A DNA stretch of 59,252 nucleotides, filler included, from Actinomycetota bacterium (GTDB lineage Bacteria > Actinomycetota > Actinomycetes > JAKEEW01), in assembly GCA_046725875.1 (NCBI GenBank). It is 5 parts of 5 records of this genome, joined end to end, with 100 filler letters (N's around TTAATTAATTAA, not from the genome) between each part and the next. Parts side by side here need not be neighbours in the genome. Positions count along the whole stretch, not along the records: positions 1 to 20,980 come from JBKOZJ010000110.1; positions 21,081 to 28,959 come from JBKOZJ010000111.1; positions 29,060 to 44,023 come from JBKOZJ010000112.1; 2 more parts are not named here. The stretch is one strand, 5' to 3'. Below the pieces are notes generated by a model. That model ran no database searches. It was not told the origin of the DNA and was given only the letters and a program-made list of their open reading frames with translations. Shown here piece after piece: positions 20,708 through 29,997 of this stretch. Numbering within the stretch: position 1 is the first letter of the stretch; each line of letters opens with the position of its first letter. The position numbers and the translations under genes are program-made.

Positions 20708-20980
20708 ATGACTGGACAGCGACCATTCGCCGATCTCGTAGCCGCCACCCGGCAGGTGGTGGATGCCTTCGATACCGCCGAGCGCCGCCCGTGGACGATC
20801 GAGGTGATCACGCTAGAACTCGCCAAACAGGTCGGCGATCTGACCAGGCGGATCCTGGCTGCCGAGGGCTACTATCTCGCCGACCGCGACCGCAGACCCG
20901 CGTACTCCGCCCACCCCGAGGACATCGGCGACGAGCTGGCCGACATTCTTTACTGTCTGATCCGCATCAGCGACCACTAC
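20708..20980 (+). CDS. MazG-like nucleotide pyrophosphohydrolase (cut by contig end)
   Basis: TAAGGAGG RBS; LELAKQVGDL..IGDELADILYCLIRISDHY. Confidence 0.7.
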
Positions 20981-21080
20981 NNNNNNNNNNNNNNNNNNNN
21001 NNNNNNNNNNNNNNNNNNNNNNNNTTAATTAATTAANNNNNNNNNNNNNNNNNNNNNNNNNNNNNNNNNNNNNNNNNNNN
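20981..21080. other. Artificial contig linker
   Basis: N44-TTAATTAATTAA-N44 (stops in all six frames). Confidence 0.98.
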
Positions 21081-21821
21081 GAGCTCGGCTGGGGCCCCGG
21101 CCGGACCGCGCAGGCGTGGGCGGAGCTGATGCGCCGCCTCGGCTACACCCGCTACGTCGCCCAGGGCGGCGACCTGGGCGCCATCGTGGCCGACGCGATG
21201 GGCCGCCAGGCGCCCGAGGGGCTGGTCGGCATCCACACGAACTTGCTCGTGACGACGCTGGGGGCCCCTACTCCACCGCCGGGAGACACGGAGGAGGAAC
21301 GCGCGGCGCTCGACGCGATCAACACGTTCACGACGAGCGGCTTCGGCTACTTCCTGGAGCAGTCCACGCGGCCGCAGACGATCGGCTACGCCCTGCTGGA
21401 TTCACCGGTCGCCCTGGCGGCCTGGATGCTCGACCACGACACGGACAGCTACTACAAGATCTCCCGCGCCTTCGTCGACGGCGAGCCCGTGGGCAATCTC
21501 ACCCGGGACCACATCCTCGACAACATCACGCTGTACTGGCTGACCGGCACCGGGGCCTCAGCAGCCCGGTGGTACTGGGACCTCGGACAAGCTCAGGCTG
21601 AAGCCCTCGCGGCCGGCCAGACTCCTCCGGAGGTCAAGCTTCCGGTCGGCTTCACCACGTTCCCCGGCGAGATCTTCCGGGCCCCGCGCAGCTGGGTCGG
21701 GATGTCGTACCCCACCCTCGCCTACTTCCACGAGGCCGACAAGGGCGGCCACTTCGCCGCCTGGGAGGAGCCCGAGGTGTTCGCGACCGAGATCCGCGCG
21801 GCGTTCAGCTCACTGCGCTAA
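21081..21821 (+). CDS. Microsomal-type epoxide hydrolase (5' end cut by contig edge)
   Basis: YVAQGGDLG, TRPQT..L.DSPV.LAAW, DNITLYWLT, GGHFAAWEEP. Confidence 0.92.
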   Translation, partial: ELGWGPGRTAQAWAELMRRLGYTRYVAQGGDLGAIVADAMGRQAPEGLVGIHTNLLVTTLGAPTPPPGDTEEERAALDAINTFTTSGFGYFLEQSTRPQTIGYALLDSPVALAAWMLDHDTDSYYKISRAFVDGEPVGNLTRDHILDNITLYWLTGTGASAARWYWDLGQAQAEALAAGQTPPEVKLPVGFTTFPGEIFRAPRSWVGMSYPTLAYFHEADKGGHFAAWEEPEVFATEIRAAFSSLR

Positions 21822-21860
21822 TAACACCATTGTCTTCGGCTCTTTTCGGGGGGAGGTTCC

Positions 21861-22562
21861 ATGCCAGCACAGACCACTAATCTCTTCCTCCTCGAGGATC
21901 TTGAGGACGTCAACAGGACGGGGGAGCTCGCGGAAAGCGATCTAGATGCGCTTCAAGCCGTCGCCGACTGGATCAAGACCTTCGTGGTCAAGCCTCACAG
22001 GGATCTCGGCCGCGCTGGGACCGTCTGCCCCTTCGTGCCCGGGTCATTGGAACGTAAGACACTCTGGCTCGCTCCGGAGCAGATCGCCGACCGGGACGTG
22101 CCGGAAGTTGTCGAGCTTATGAATGGCTACAAGAGGCTGTTGCTGGACACTCGACCGAGTGACGGCGACGACGTTATCTACAACGTCATCGTCGTTGTTT
22201 TCAGTGACTTGCCGGCTGATCGTGCCCAGGGCGTCTTCGCCGACGTCCTACGGCATCTTGCAGTTCCGTCGTATGTGGAAGACGGAATCCTGTTCGGGCC
22301 GTACTACGAAGGCAATGAGGGGACTGCGATATACAACTCGAGCTTCCGACCATTCCAGTCGCCCGTGCCGTTTCTGTTCGTGAGGCATGGAGTCACGGGC
22401 GATTGGAAGTTCTTCCTGGACGACGAGGAGTGGCTCAACTTGTGGGCACGTCGCGCCGGAGAGTCCGCAGTTCAGGTTCTTGCTGAGGAACTACGCCGCT
22501 TGCCGTGGCGCGTGGCGCGTCACCAATCCGAGAGTGGCCTCGCTTCGAAAGGAGCTACCTGA
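21861..22562 (+). CDS. DUF6875-like protein
   Basis: GGAGG RBS; PHRDLGRAGTVCPFV, G..Y..N..FRPFQSPVP..VRH..D..F. Confidence 0.7.
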   Translation: MPAQTTNLFLLEDLEDVNRTGELAESDLDALQAVADWIKTFVVKPHRDLGRAGTVCPFVPGSLERKTLWLAPEQIADRDVPEVVELMNGYKRLLLDTRPSDGDDVIYNVIVVVFSDLPADRAQGVFADVLRHLAVPSYVEDGILFGPYYEGNEGTAIYNSSFRPFQSPVPFLFVRHGVTGDWKFFLDDEEWLNLWARRAGESAVQVLAEELRRLPWRVARHQSESGLASKGAT

Positions 22563-22686
22563 TGCCGCCGACCGGCGGTCCCGAGGGAACCCTCGCCGGC
22601 GGCGCTCGTTGGGTGGGGCGAAACCGAGGTCGCGTTCCGGGCGAGCCTGCCTGGACGAGGGTGATGCCGGTGGCTCACCATCCCGT

Positions 22687-23315
22687 TGGCTCCGCACGGT
22701 GGCCTTCGTGCGCGCGTGGGCCGACCAGTATCGCGACCTCGGGCTCGTCGTCATCGGCGTGCATACGCCCGAGTTCCCGTTCGAGCGCGAGGTCGAGAAC
22801 GTCCGCGAGGCCGCCCAGGCCATGAGAGTCGAGTACCCGATTGCGCTCGACAGCGACTACGGGGTGTGGAGCGCCTTCGGCAACCGGTACTGGCCGGCCG
22901 TCTACCTCGCAGACGCGGAGGGCCGGATCCGGTACCACCACTTTCGGCGAGGGCGAGTACGACGAAGCCGAGTGGATGATCCAGCACCTGCTGCGCGAGG
23001 CCGCAGGCGATGGCATCGATAACGAGCTCGTCTCCGTCGCGCCGGACGGATTCGAAGCGCAAGCCGACTGGACGAACCTGCGCTCTCCGGAGACCTACCT
23101 GGGCTACGCGCAGGGTCAGAACCTCGACTCTCCCCACGGTGTCGCGTACGACGAGCCTCACAGCTACGTCGCGCCCGAGTCATTGCAGCTCAACACCTGG
23201 GCCCTCGCCGGAAACTGGACGATCGACGGGCGGGCGAGCGTGCTGAACGAATCCGGGGGCGAATCGCCTTCCGCTTCCATGCGCGCGACGTCCACCTCGT
23301 CCTGCGCTCGCGGGC
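22687..23315 (+). pseudogene. DipZ-like thioredoxin/redoxin, frameshifted and truncated
   Basis: WLRT..GLVVIGVHTPEF..NRYWPA..RYHHF | GEGEY..RSPETYLGY | FRFHARDVHLVL; shifts near 22943 and 23258; active-site Cys region missing. Confidence 0.8.
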
Positions 23316-23380
23316 CGGCACGGTAGGCGGCTGCCGCTTCCGAGGCCACGGTTGCGCTTCGCGTCTCGGGGCGAGCGGCC

Positions 23381-24481
23381 GTGCTGGCGCAGGTGGAGGC
23401 CGGCGAGGCGGCGCTGGCCGCCGGTGTGGTCGAGGCCGGTCTCCATCGGATGCGAGGTGCCGTTGCGGCCGCTCGACGTGTCAACGATGCCTCGCTCCTC
23501 GCCGGAGCGCTGGTGGCGTTGGGCGGTGCACTCGTCCACTCTGCGCGCGGTACGGACGAGGAAGGTGCGGCTGCGCTGCACGAGGGAACGACGCTCGCCG
23601 AGCGGGTTAGACGGTACGACATAGCCGCAACCGGATGGCGCGAGATCAGTTGGGTCCAGTTCCTGCGTGCACATTACGAGCGGGTGGAGAAGTCGCTGAC
23701 CAGTGCTGCCGAGCTTGCGGTCGGCAACAACGAGGAGCTCGCGTGGGTGGACCTGATCCGCGGTGCCTGCCGCCACGATGTCGGGGACTACCGGGCGGCC
23801 GGGGAGCTACTGCGCTCCGCCGTCGGGCGCGCCAGCCGGCTCGGGTCGGGGCAGCCCCTGGCTCAGGCTCTCACGATGCTGGGACGCTTCCACCTTCTAC
23901 GCGGCGAGATCGAGGAGGCGCTTCACCGGCTGGATCAAGCTCTCGACATGGTGGAGACACGAGGCATGACCGCCTTCGTGCCGTGGCCGGAGTCGTTTCG
24001 CGGCGAGCTCGACCTTGCCCGAGGGGACCTGATGTCGGCGAAGGAGCGGTTCGAGCACGCATTCGCCCTCGGGTGCGAGGTCGGCGACCCATGCTGGGAG
24101 AGCATTGCGCTGCGGGGCCTCGGGCTCGTTGCCGCCGCGCGCGGCGAGGTCTCTCACGCCCTCGAGCTGCTCGTCGACGCGCCCAAGTTGTGCCGCCGCC
24201 TCCCGGATACGTACCTCTGGATCGAGGCGTACGGCCTCGACGCTCTGTGTGCGGTCGCGGTCGAGCATCACGCGGAGGCCACCATGCGGTGGATCGATGT
24301 GCTCGAGGCGACCGCCGCACGTCGGGGAATCCGGGAGCTGGTCCTGCGTGCATCCGTGTATCGAGCCCGTCTCGGGGAGCCCGGGGCGCTCGACGTCGTT
24401 CGCACGCTCGCAGCGCAGATCGACAATCCAGGACTCGACAGGCTGCTCGAGTCCGTAGAGCCAAGCGCCGTCCCCGGCTGA
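23381..24481 (+). CDS. TPR-rich protein, probably the C-terminal part of a SARP/BTAD-type regulator
   Basis: Helical TPR-like repeats; DPCWE and YLW motifs; no DNA-binding domain; in-frame TAG at 23324. Confidence 0.55.
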   Translation: MLAQVEAGEAALAAGVVEAGLHRMRGAVAAARRVNDASLLAGALVALGGALVHSARGTDEEGAAALHEGTTLAERVRRYDIAATGWREISWVQFLRAHYERVEKSLTSAAELAVGNNEELAWVDLIRGACRHDVGDYRAAGELLRSAVGRASRLGSGQPLAQALTMLGRFHLLRGEIEEALHRLDQALDMVETRGMTAFVPWPESFRGELDLARGDLMSAKERFEHAFALGCEVGDPCWESIALRGLGLVAAARGEVSHALELLVDAPKLCRRLPDTYLWIEAYGLDALCAVAVEHHAEATMRWIDVLEATAARRGIRELVLRASVYRARLGEPGALDVVRTLAAQIDNPGLDRLLESVEPSAVPG

Positions 24482-24681
24482 CATTGCTACCGGGTTGTGA
24501 CTGTCGGCTGCATCACCCCAAGCGGCAGCAACGAGCCCAAGGGGCTGCCGACGACCACAACTGTCACCGGCTCGAAGACATTCGAGACGCCGCAGGGCAG
24601 GGGTACCTTCACCGTTAGCACGAATCCGGTGGGCGTCTCCTCGACCTTGACTCCCCGAGCCGCCACATGACGGAGACGCTT

Positions 24682-24713
24682 GTGAGCGTCACGTTCACGA
24701 ACGTCACGCTCAC
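24682..24713. repeat. 15-bp inverted repeat (1 mismatch), possible operator
   Basis: GTGAGCGTCACGTTC-AC-GAACGTCACGCTCAC. Confidence 0.6.
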
Positions 24714-24907
24714 CATTACGAGCCAAACCGGCACGATCACGGCAAACAGCGCAGGAACAGCACCTCACCGCCCGCAGCGCGAACGCTGTCGGTGACCTGC
24801 TGGCCAAGTTCCCCCGCGCCGCCGTGGAGGCGAGACGCCGGCTTTCCGCCGGTTGTTGCGGTCCCGGCCGCCAACCTCGCTTGCGGCCAGAGTGGTCAGG
24901 TCTGCAT

Positions 24908-25666
24908 CTACAAGGGGGTCGAGGCAGTCGCAGTCGCCTGGGGAACGACCGCACGCCGGCCGATGAGCAGGATCACGGACACCGCGCCGGCACTCACCAG
25001 CAGGCCAACGACGAACATCCCGAGTCCGGCCCAGATCGCCCAGTCGAGCTTGATCCCGGCGTCGGCCTCGACGTCGATGCCGGAGGCCGCGTCGGCATTC
25101 ATCACGATCGCGGTCCAGCGACCGGACTCCGCATCCCAGCTGAGCGCCTGCTCGCCGGAGCCTTCGGACTCGGCTACCCAGAAGTCCTGTTCACCGGGGG
25201 GCGTAGGCGGCGCAGTGCCCTCGTGCGGGTCGAACCGCGGGTCGTCGCCGTCGAAATCGATCAGCTCGTCGTGGGCGACGTCATCGAGGTAGCGATCGAC
25301 GTCCACATCGGACCCGATGCCGACGAACACCGGTTTTTCGCCGCCGTCGACCTGGACTCGGACATTGCCGAGGAACTTGTCCGGGGCCCAGTCCGCCTCG
25401 TCTACGCCGAGGTCGATGTCCTTCGTGGTGATCGCGTAGCTGGCGCTTTGGAGCTGCTTGCGATCCGAGTTGAAGTAGCCGTCGTCGTCGCGACCAAAGG
25501 CGTAGGCGGCCATCACGGCGACGCCCCCGACCAGCAGTGCCAGGCCGATCAGCCCACCGATGCTGGCGAAGACCATCCCGATCACGCGGGCCGCGGTCCA
25601 GTTCGACCGGGGCCGAGCAGCCGCGGCCGTGTTCGAGGTTGACCGTTGCTCGCCGCCGTCGGTCAC
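24908..25666 (-). CDS. Membrane protein with two TM segments around a beta-rich domain
   Basis: RDDDGYF, VFVGIG..DVDRYL, PPGEQDFW, GRWTAIVMNADA; TAGGCT 6 nt before GTG. Confidence 0.75.
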   Translation of the reverse strand: MTDGGEQRSTSNTAAAARPRSNWTAARVIGMVFASIGGLIGLALLVGGVAVMAAYAFGRDDDGYFNSDRKQLQSASYAITTKDIDLGVDEADWAPDKFLGNVRVQVDGGEKPVFVGIGSDVDVDRYLDDVAHDELIDFDGDDPRFDPHEGTAPPTPPGEQDFWVAESEGSGEQALSWDAESGRWTAIVMNADAASGIDVEADAGIKLDWAIWAGLGMFVVGLLVSAGAVSVILLIGRRAVVPQATATASTPL

Positions 25667-25926
25667 CAGCCAAGCCTATACGGCGCGAAAGCTGGACCCA
25701 GCGGCGACGTCGGGCGGAGGTGCTGTTCCACCGGATCGAGCAGCGGCGCGTCTGCGCCCACCGGACCGCGGTCGGCGAGGTAACGTCGAGGGCGTCGTTG
25801 ACCGCCGGTGGCCGGGCAACTCGGCCGGTGGGCCGCCACCGCTCTGCGGATGTTCGTCCGGCTCCGAACCTCGGACCGTCCGGTAGAAGGGACCCCCCTT
25901 GCTCTAACCGGCGTGGGGTAGAAGGG

Positions 25927-27555
25927 CTAGGGGAGGACGGTCTGTACGTCCAGCTTGCCGTCGGCGTATGCCTGTCGCATGGACTTCTTGTCGAACTTGC
26001 CGACAGATGTCTTCGGCACCTCGTCGATGAAGGTCCACCGCTCGGGCAGCTGCCAGGCGGCGATCCGGCCGGTGAGGAAGTCGCGCAGCTCGGCTGCGGT
26101 CAACGCCGATCCCTGGGTACGCACGACCGCCGCGAGCGGCCGCTCCACCCACCGATCGTCGGGCACGCCGACGACCGTCGCCTCGGCCACTTCCGGGTGC
26201 GCCATCAGGTGGTTCTCGAGCTCAACCGACGAGATCCACTCGCCACCGGACTTGATGACGTCCTTCGCCCGGTCGGTCAGCGTCAGGAAGCCGTCCGCCG
26301 AGAGGGTGCCGACGTCGCCGGTACGCAGCCACCCGTCGACGAAGCGGTCCGGGTCCTCACCGCCGAGATAGGAGGCCGTAACCCACGGACCGCGTACCTC
26401 GAGCTCGCCCACTGACTTGCCGTCGGGTGGCACAACATCGCCCGAGGGTCCGATCAGCCGTCCCTCGACGGCGGCCGGCAGCCGTCCCTGGCTGACCCGG
26501 TAGCCCCACTCGGTCTCCGTGTCCAGTCCACGGGGCGGTCTGGCGACCGAACCGAGCGGCGACATCTCGGTCATGCCCCATGCGTGGATGATCCGCAGCG
26601 CGTACCTCTCCTCGTACGCCTTCATAAGCGCAGGCGGCACCGCGGATCCGCCGACGACAACCTCACGCAGCGACGACAGGTCGAGCTTGTGGGTCTCGCC
26701 GTAGCGCAGCAGGTCGTTCCAGATGGTTGGCACCGCTCCCGCGAACGTCGGCCGCTCCGAGGCGATCATCGCGGCCAGCGGCTCGGCCTGCAGGAACCGA
26801 TCCGGCATCACGAGGGACGCGCCGACCATCAACGCCGCATATGGCAGCCCCCACGAGGTCGCGTGGAACATCGGCACGATCGCGAGCACCTTGTCCGCTT
26901 GGGTGAGGCCGAAGCCGTCGCCCATGCAGATCTGCATGGAGTGCAGCCACATCGAGCGATGGCTGTACGCGACCCCGCGCGGTTGCGCGGTGGTGCCCGA
27001 CGTGTAGCAGATGGCGGCCGCGTCCCGCTCGTCCACTGAGCCCCACTCGAACTCGTCCGGCTGCGCCGCAACCAGCGTGTCCCACGAATGCACGGCGACA
27101 CCGGGCGCACTCAGCGCCGAAGCATCCCCGGGCGCGGTGACCACGACGTGTCGTACCGTCTTCAGCTCCGGCAGCAGCTTGGCGAACAGCGGCAGGAGCG
27201 TGCCGTCGACGAGGACGACATAGTCCTCGGCATGATTTGCCACATAGACAAGCTGTTCTGGGAAGAGCCTGACATTCAGCGTGTGGAGCACCGAACCCAT
27301 CGCCGGCACCGCGAGATAGGCAGCCATGTGCTCGGTGTTGTTCCACATGAAGGTGGCGACCCGCAGGTCACTTGTCACGCCGAGTCCACGCAGGGCGTGC
27401 GCCAACCGGGCCGCCTGGCGTCCGAGGTCGGAATACGAGATCGTGCGGGCACCCTCAGCGGTCCATGTGGTGACCTGGCTGCCTCCGTGAATGGTCGTGC
27501 CGTACCTAACGAGCGTGGCCAGTGACAGCGGCCACTCCTGCATCGTGCTACGCAT
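25927..27555 (-). CDS. Long-chain fatty acid-CoA ligase
   Basis: CYTSGTT, VPMFH..SWGLPY, AWGMTE, WLRTGD, IKSGGEWISS, PKTSVGKFDK. Confidence 0.93.
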   Translation of the reverse strand: MRSTMQEWPLSLATLVRYGTTIHGGSQVTTWTAEGARTISYSDLGRQAARLAHALRGLGVTSDLRVATFMWNNTEHMAAYLAVPAMGSVLHTLNVRLFPEQLVYVANHAEDYVVLVDGTLLPLFAKLLPELKTVRHVVVTAPGDASALSAPGVAVHSWDTLVAAQPDEFEWGSVDERDAAAICYTSGTTAQPRGVAYSHRSMWLHSMQICMGDGFGLTQADKVLAIVPMFHATSWGLPYAALMVGASLVMPDRFLQAEPLAAMIASERPTFAGAVPTIWNDLLRYGETHKLDLSSLREVVVGGSAVPPALMKAYEERYALRIIHAWGMTEMSPLGSVARPPRGLDTETEWGYRVSQGRLPAAVEGRLIGPSGDVVPPDGKSVGELEVRGPWVTASYLGGEDPDRFVDGWLRTGDVGTLSADGFLTLTDRAKDVIKSGGEWISSVELENHLMAHPEVAEATVVGVPDDRWVERPLAAVVRTQGSALTAAELRDFLTGRIAAWQLPERWTFIDEVPKTSVGKFDKKSMRQAYADGKLDVQTVLP

Positions 27556-27832
27556 GCCGTGATTGTCATCCAGCGGATGAACAGAGACCAGGGGAACGCC
27601 GACCCGGCGTAGATCACGAATACGCAGGTCGGCGCACCGCTGGTCCGTACAATCGATCCCGACTACGAGCTGATCAAGGAGTGGGGACGCAAGCCGCGAT
27701 CGTCGCCGCGAGTGCGGCACCCCTCCGAGGACGGAGTCGTCCGGGGGTCCGCATCCGCCAACGATTACGGCAAAATCCCGCCAAAGTCCGAGATCAGGCC
27801 CGACTCGCCGGCGGGCGCCCGCCACGGCGTTG

Positions 27833-28666
27833 TCAGCGCCGGGCGATGAAGGTGAAGAGCACCGGCCCCGGGTGTGATCCGAGCATCAGCCGGTAGCGCC
27901 CGTCAGCGCCGCGGATGAGGATCTCGCCTCGGGGATCGGCCTGTGCGTCGAGGTGCTCGTGCAGCGACCGGACCACCAGCCGTGCCCGGCAGGCGGCCGT
28001 GACGACCTCGCCGAGCGAGTGCGCATACCCGACCGATACCGAGGCCTCTACCCGCGCATCCGGGTCTGCATAGGATCCTTGCGCGTCCTCGACATGAGGA
28101 CCGTCGAAGGCGTAGGGCCAGTCAAAGCTGACCGGGTTGACGCCCTCGACCATCTGGTAGAGCGGGTGGATGTCGACAAGCACGAGCGAACCGCCCGGCC
28201 GAAGGCAGGCTGCCACCGACTGCATCCAGGCCCGCAGGTCGGCAATCCAGCAAATGACGCCGATGGTGGCATAGGCCAGATCGAAGCGGTCGAGGAGTTC
28301 GACAGGCAGCCGTGTTGCGTCGGACTCGACTAGGTCGACCCGCACACCGCACTGACGCGCTATGGCCCCTGCCCGTTCCAGTGCGATCGGTGACAGATCC
28401 ACGCCGGTGACCCGGGCACCGCGGCGGGCGAGGGTCACGGTGTCGAACCCGATGTGGCATTGCACATGGAGGACATCCAGCCCGTTGACATCGCCGACTG
28501 CCTCGCGGACCGCTGCGTCCTCAACGTCGAGCATCGACGAGCGGCCGGCGAGCAAGGCCTCGAGGTCGTAGTATCGGTCGACGCCGCGTCCGTGCACCAT
28601 GGCGAGCGCGTCCCAGTATGCGCGGTTAACCGAAACCGGATCTGCGCTTGACCACAGATCGTCCAC
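27833..28666 (-). CDS. Class I SAM-dependent methyltransferase
   Basis: VLHVQCHIGFDT, VTGVDLS, LRPGG..DIHP; TAGGGT 6 nt before GTG. Confidence 0.9.
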   Translation of the reverse strand: MDDLWSSADPVSVNRAYWDALAMVHGRGVDRYYDLEALLAGRSSMLDVEDAAVREAVGDVNGLDVLHVQCHIGFDTVTLARRGARVTGVDLSPIALERAGAIARQCGVRVDLVESDATRLPVELLDRFDLAYATIGVICWIADLRAWMQSVAACLRPGGSLVLVDIHPLYQMVEGVNPVSFDWPYAFDGPHVEDAQGSYADPDARVEASVSVGYAHSLGEVVTAACRARLVVRSLHEHLDAQADPRGEILIRGADGRYRLMLGSHPGPVLFTFIARR

Positions 28667-28959
28667 GCCGGCACCCTATGCCCAACCGAACGCGTAGAAC
28701 CCAACGAAGAACATGTAGATGGCGAGCCCGGTCAACATCCGACTAGCATCTTCCCGTTCTGCAGGTCAAAACCGGAAGACCCTGCTCACTGTGGGATGCC
28801 TCATCTCATCGCCCGCCGCAGGGACGTGCCGGTCACACCTGTGGCGGGAGCTGCCGGCCCATCGCCAGCCGACGAGGGGGCGGCTGCTCTCCTCGCTTGT
28901 CGCGACAGCCGATGCTGGCAGTGCGCTCGCGGCCTAGGTCAGCCGATGACCCTCACCTT

Positions 28960-29059
28960 NNNNNNNNNNNNNNNNNNNNNNNNNNNNNNNNNNNNNNNNN
29001 NNNTTAATTAATTAANNNNNNNNNNNNNNNNNNNNNNNNNNNNNNNNNNNNNNNNNNNN
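28960..29059. other. Artificial contig linker
   Basis: N44-TTAATTAATTAA-N44. Confidence 0.98.
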
Positions 29060-29229
29060 GCCGGCTCTGCTTGTTCCACACCTCCGCGCGTGGGGTCCTG
29101 GTTCATTTGCTGGGTCGTGGTTTCGTGGTGATCCATCCTGGTCGCCCTCGTTGGGTCGGTTCGTACGGGAAAACTTCCGGGCCCGCCCGGCTGGCCGCGG
29201 CACCGCGCAAGGGTTTTCAAATTGTTACA

Positions 29230-29976
29230 TTGCCCGGTTTGACCGGAGCTAGACGGTGGGTTGTCTGGAGCGAGGGCGGGCTGGTCGCCGCCGCCCGATA
29301 TCACCGATTCCGGCAGTGCTGGCACGGCCGCGACATACCGATGGCCGGAATAGCGGGCGTGGTCGTCTCTCCGGACGTACGCGGCCGTGGCGTCGGCCAT
29401 CTGCCGATGACTGCGATGCTTGACCGAGTCGCTTCGCTCGGCTTCCCGCTGTCGGCGTTGTATCCCGCCACTTTGCCGGTCTATCGTGCGCTCGGCTGCG
29501 AGCTCGCTGGGCATCAGCCGTTTGTGACCCCTCCGACCGAGGCGCTGCGCGAGCTGGACCGTGGGAATGGGCGAACGCGGGGCCGGTCGGATGCAGTGAA
29601 GCTGCGCGAGGTCGGTGCCGAGGAGACCGTCGAGATTCTGGCCACGATTGCGCGGGTCTACGAGGAGAGCCGGTTCAGCGGCCCGTTCGAGTATCCGGCC
29701 TACCTCGTCAACCATTGGCTGGCGAAGGAGAAGCCCTTCGCTTATCTGGCCGACGACGCCTACCTCGAATACAAGTGGGACACCAGCCGCGACATTCAGG
29801 TCGTGTACGCCTTGGCCCGGTCAGAGGAGACGACCCGGGCGCTCTGGTCCCTCGTTGGGAGCCACTCGTCGATCGCAAAGAACGTCACAGTAGTGCTGCC
29901 GCCGAACGACCCGCTGCGCTGGTTGGTTGCCGGCCGAATCAGCCGGTCAACTGCCGGCGGTCGCAGCCGATACTAG
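29230..29976 (+). pseudogene. Eis-like GNAT acetyltransferase, truncated
   Basis: MAGIAGVVVSPDVRGRG, SALYPAT..VYRALG.ELAG, RALWSLVGSHSS; no C-terminal SCP-like domain and no clear start. Confidence 0.65.
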
Positions 29977-29997
29977 GCCTCGCTGCCGTCCAAGCTC

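Noticed and set aside
25811..25860. Similarity of this intergenic DNA to the PafB tail (46796-46825)
   Set aside because: About 22/29 with gaps in GC-rich sequence; too weak to call by eye
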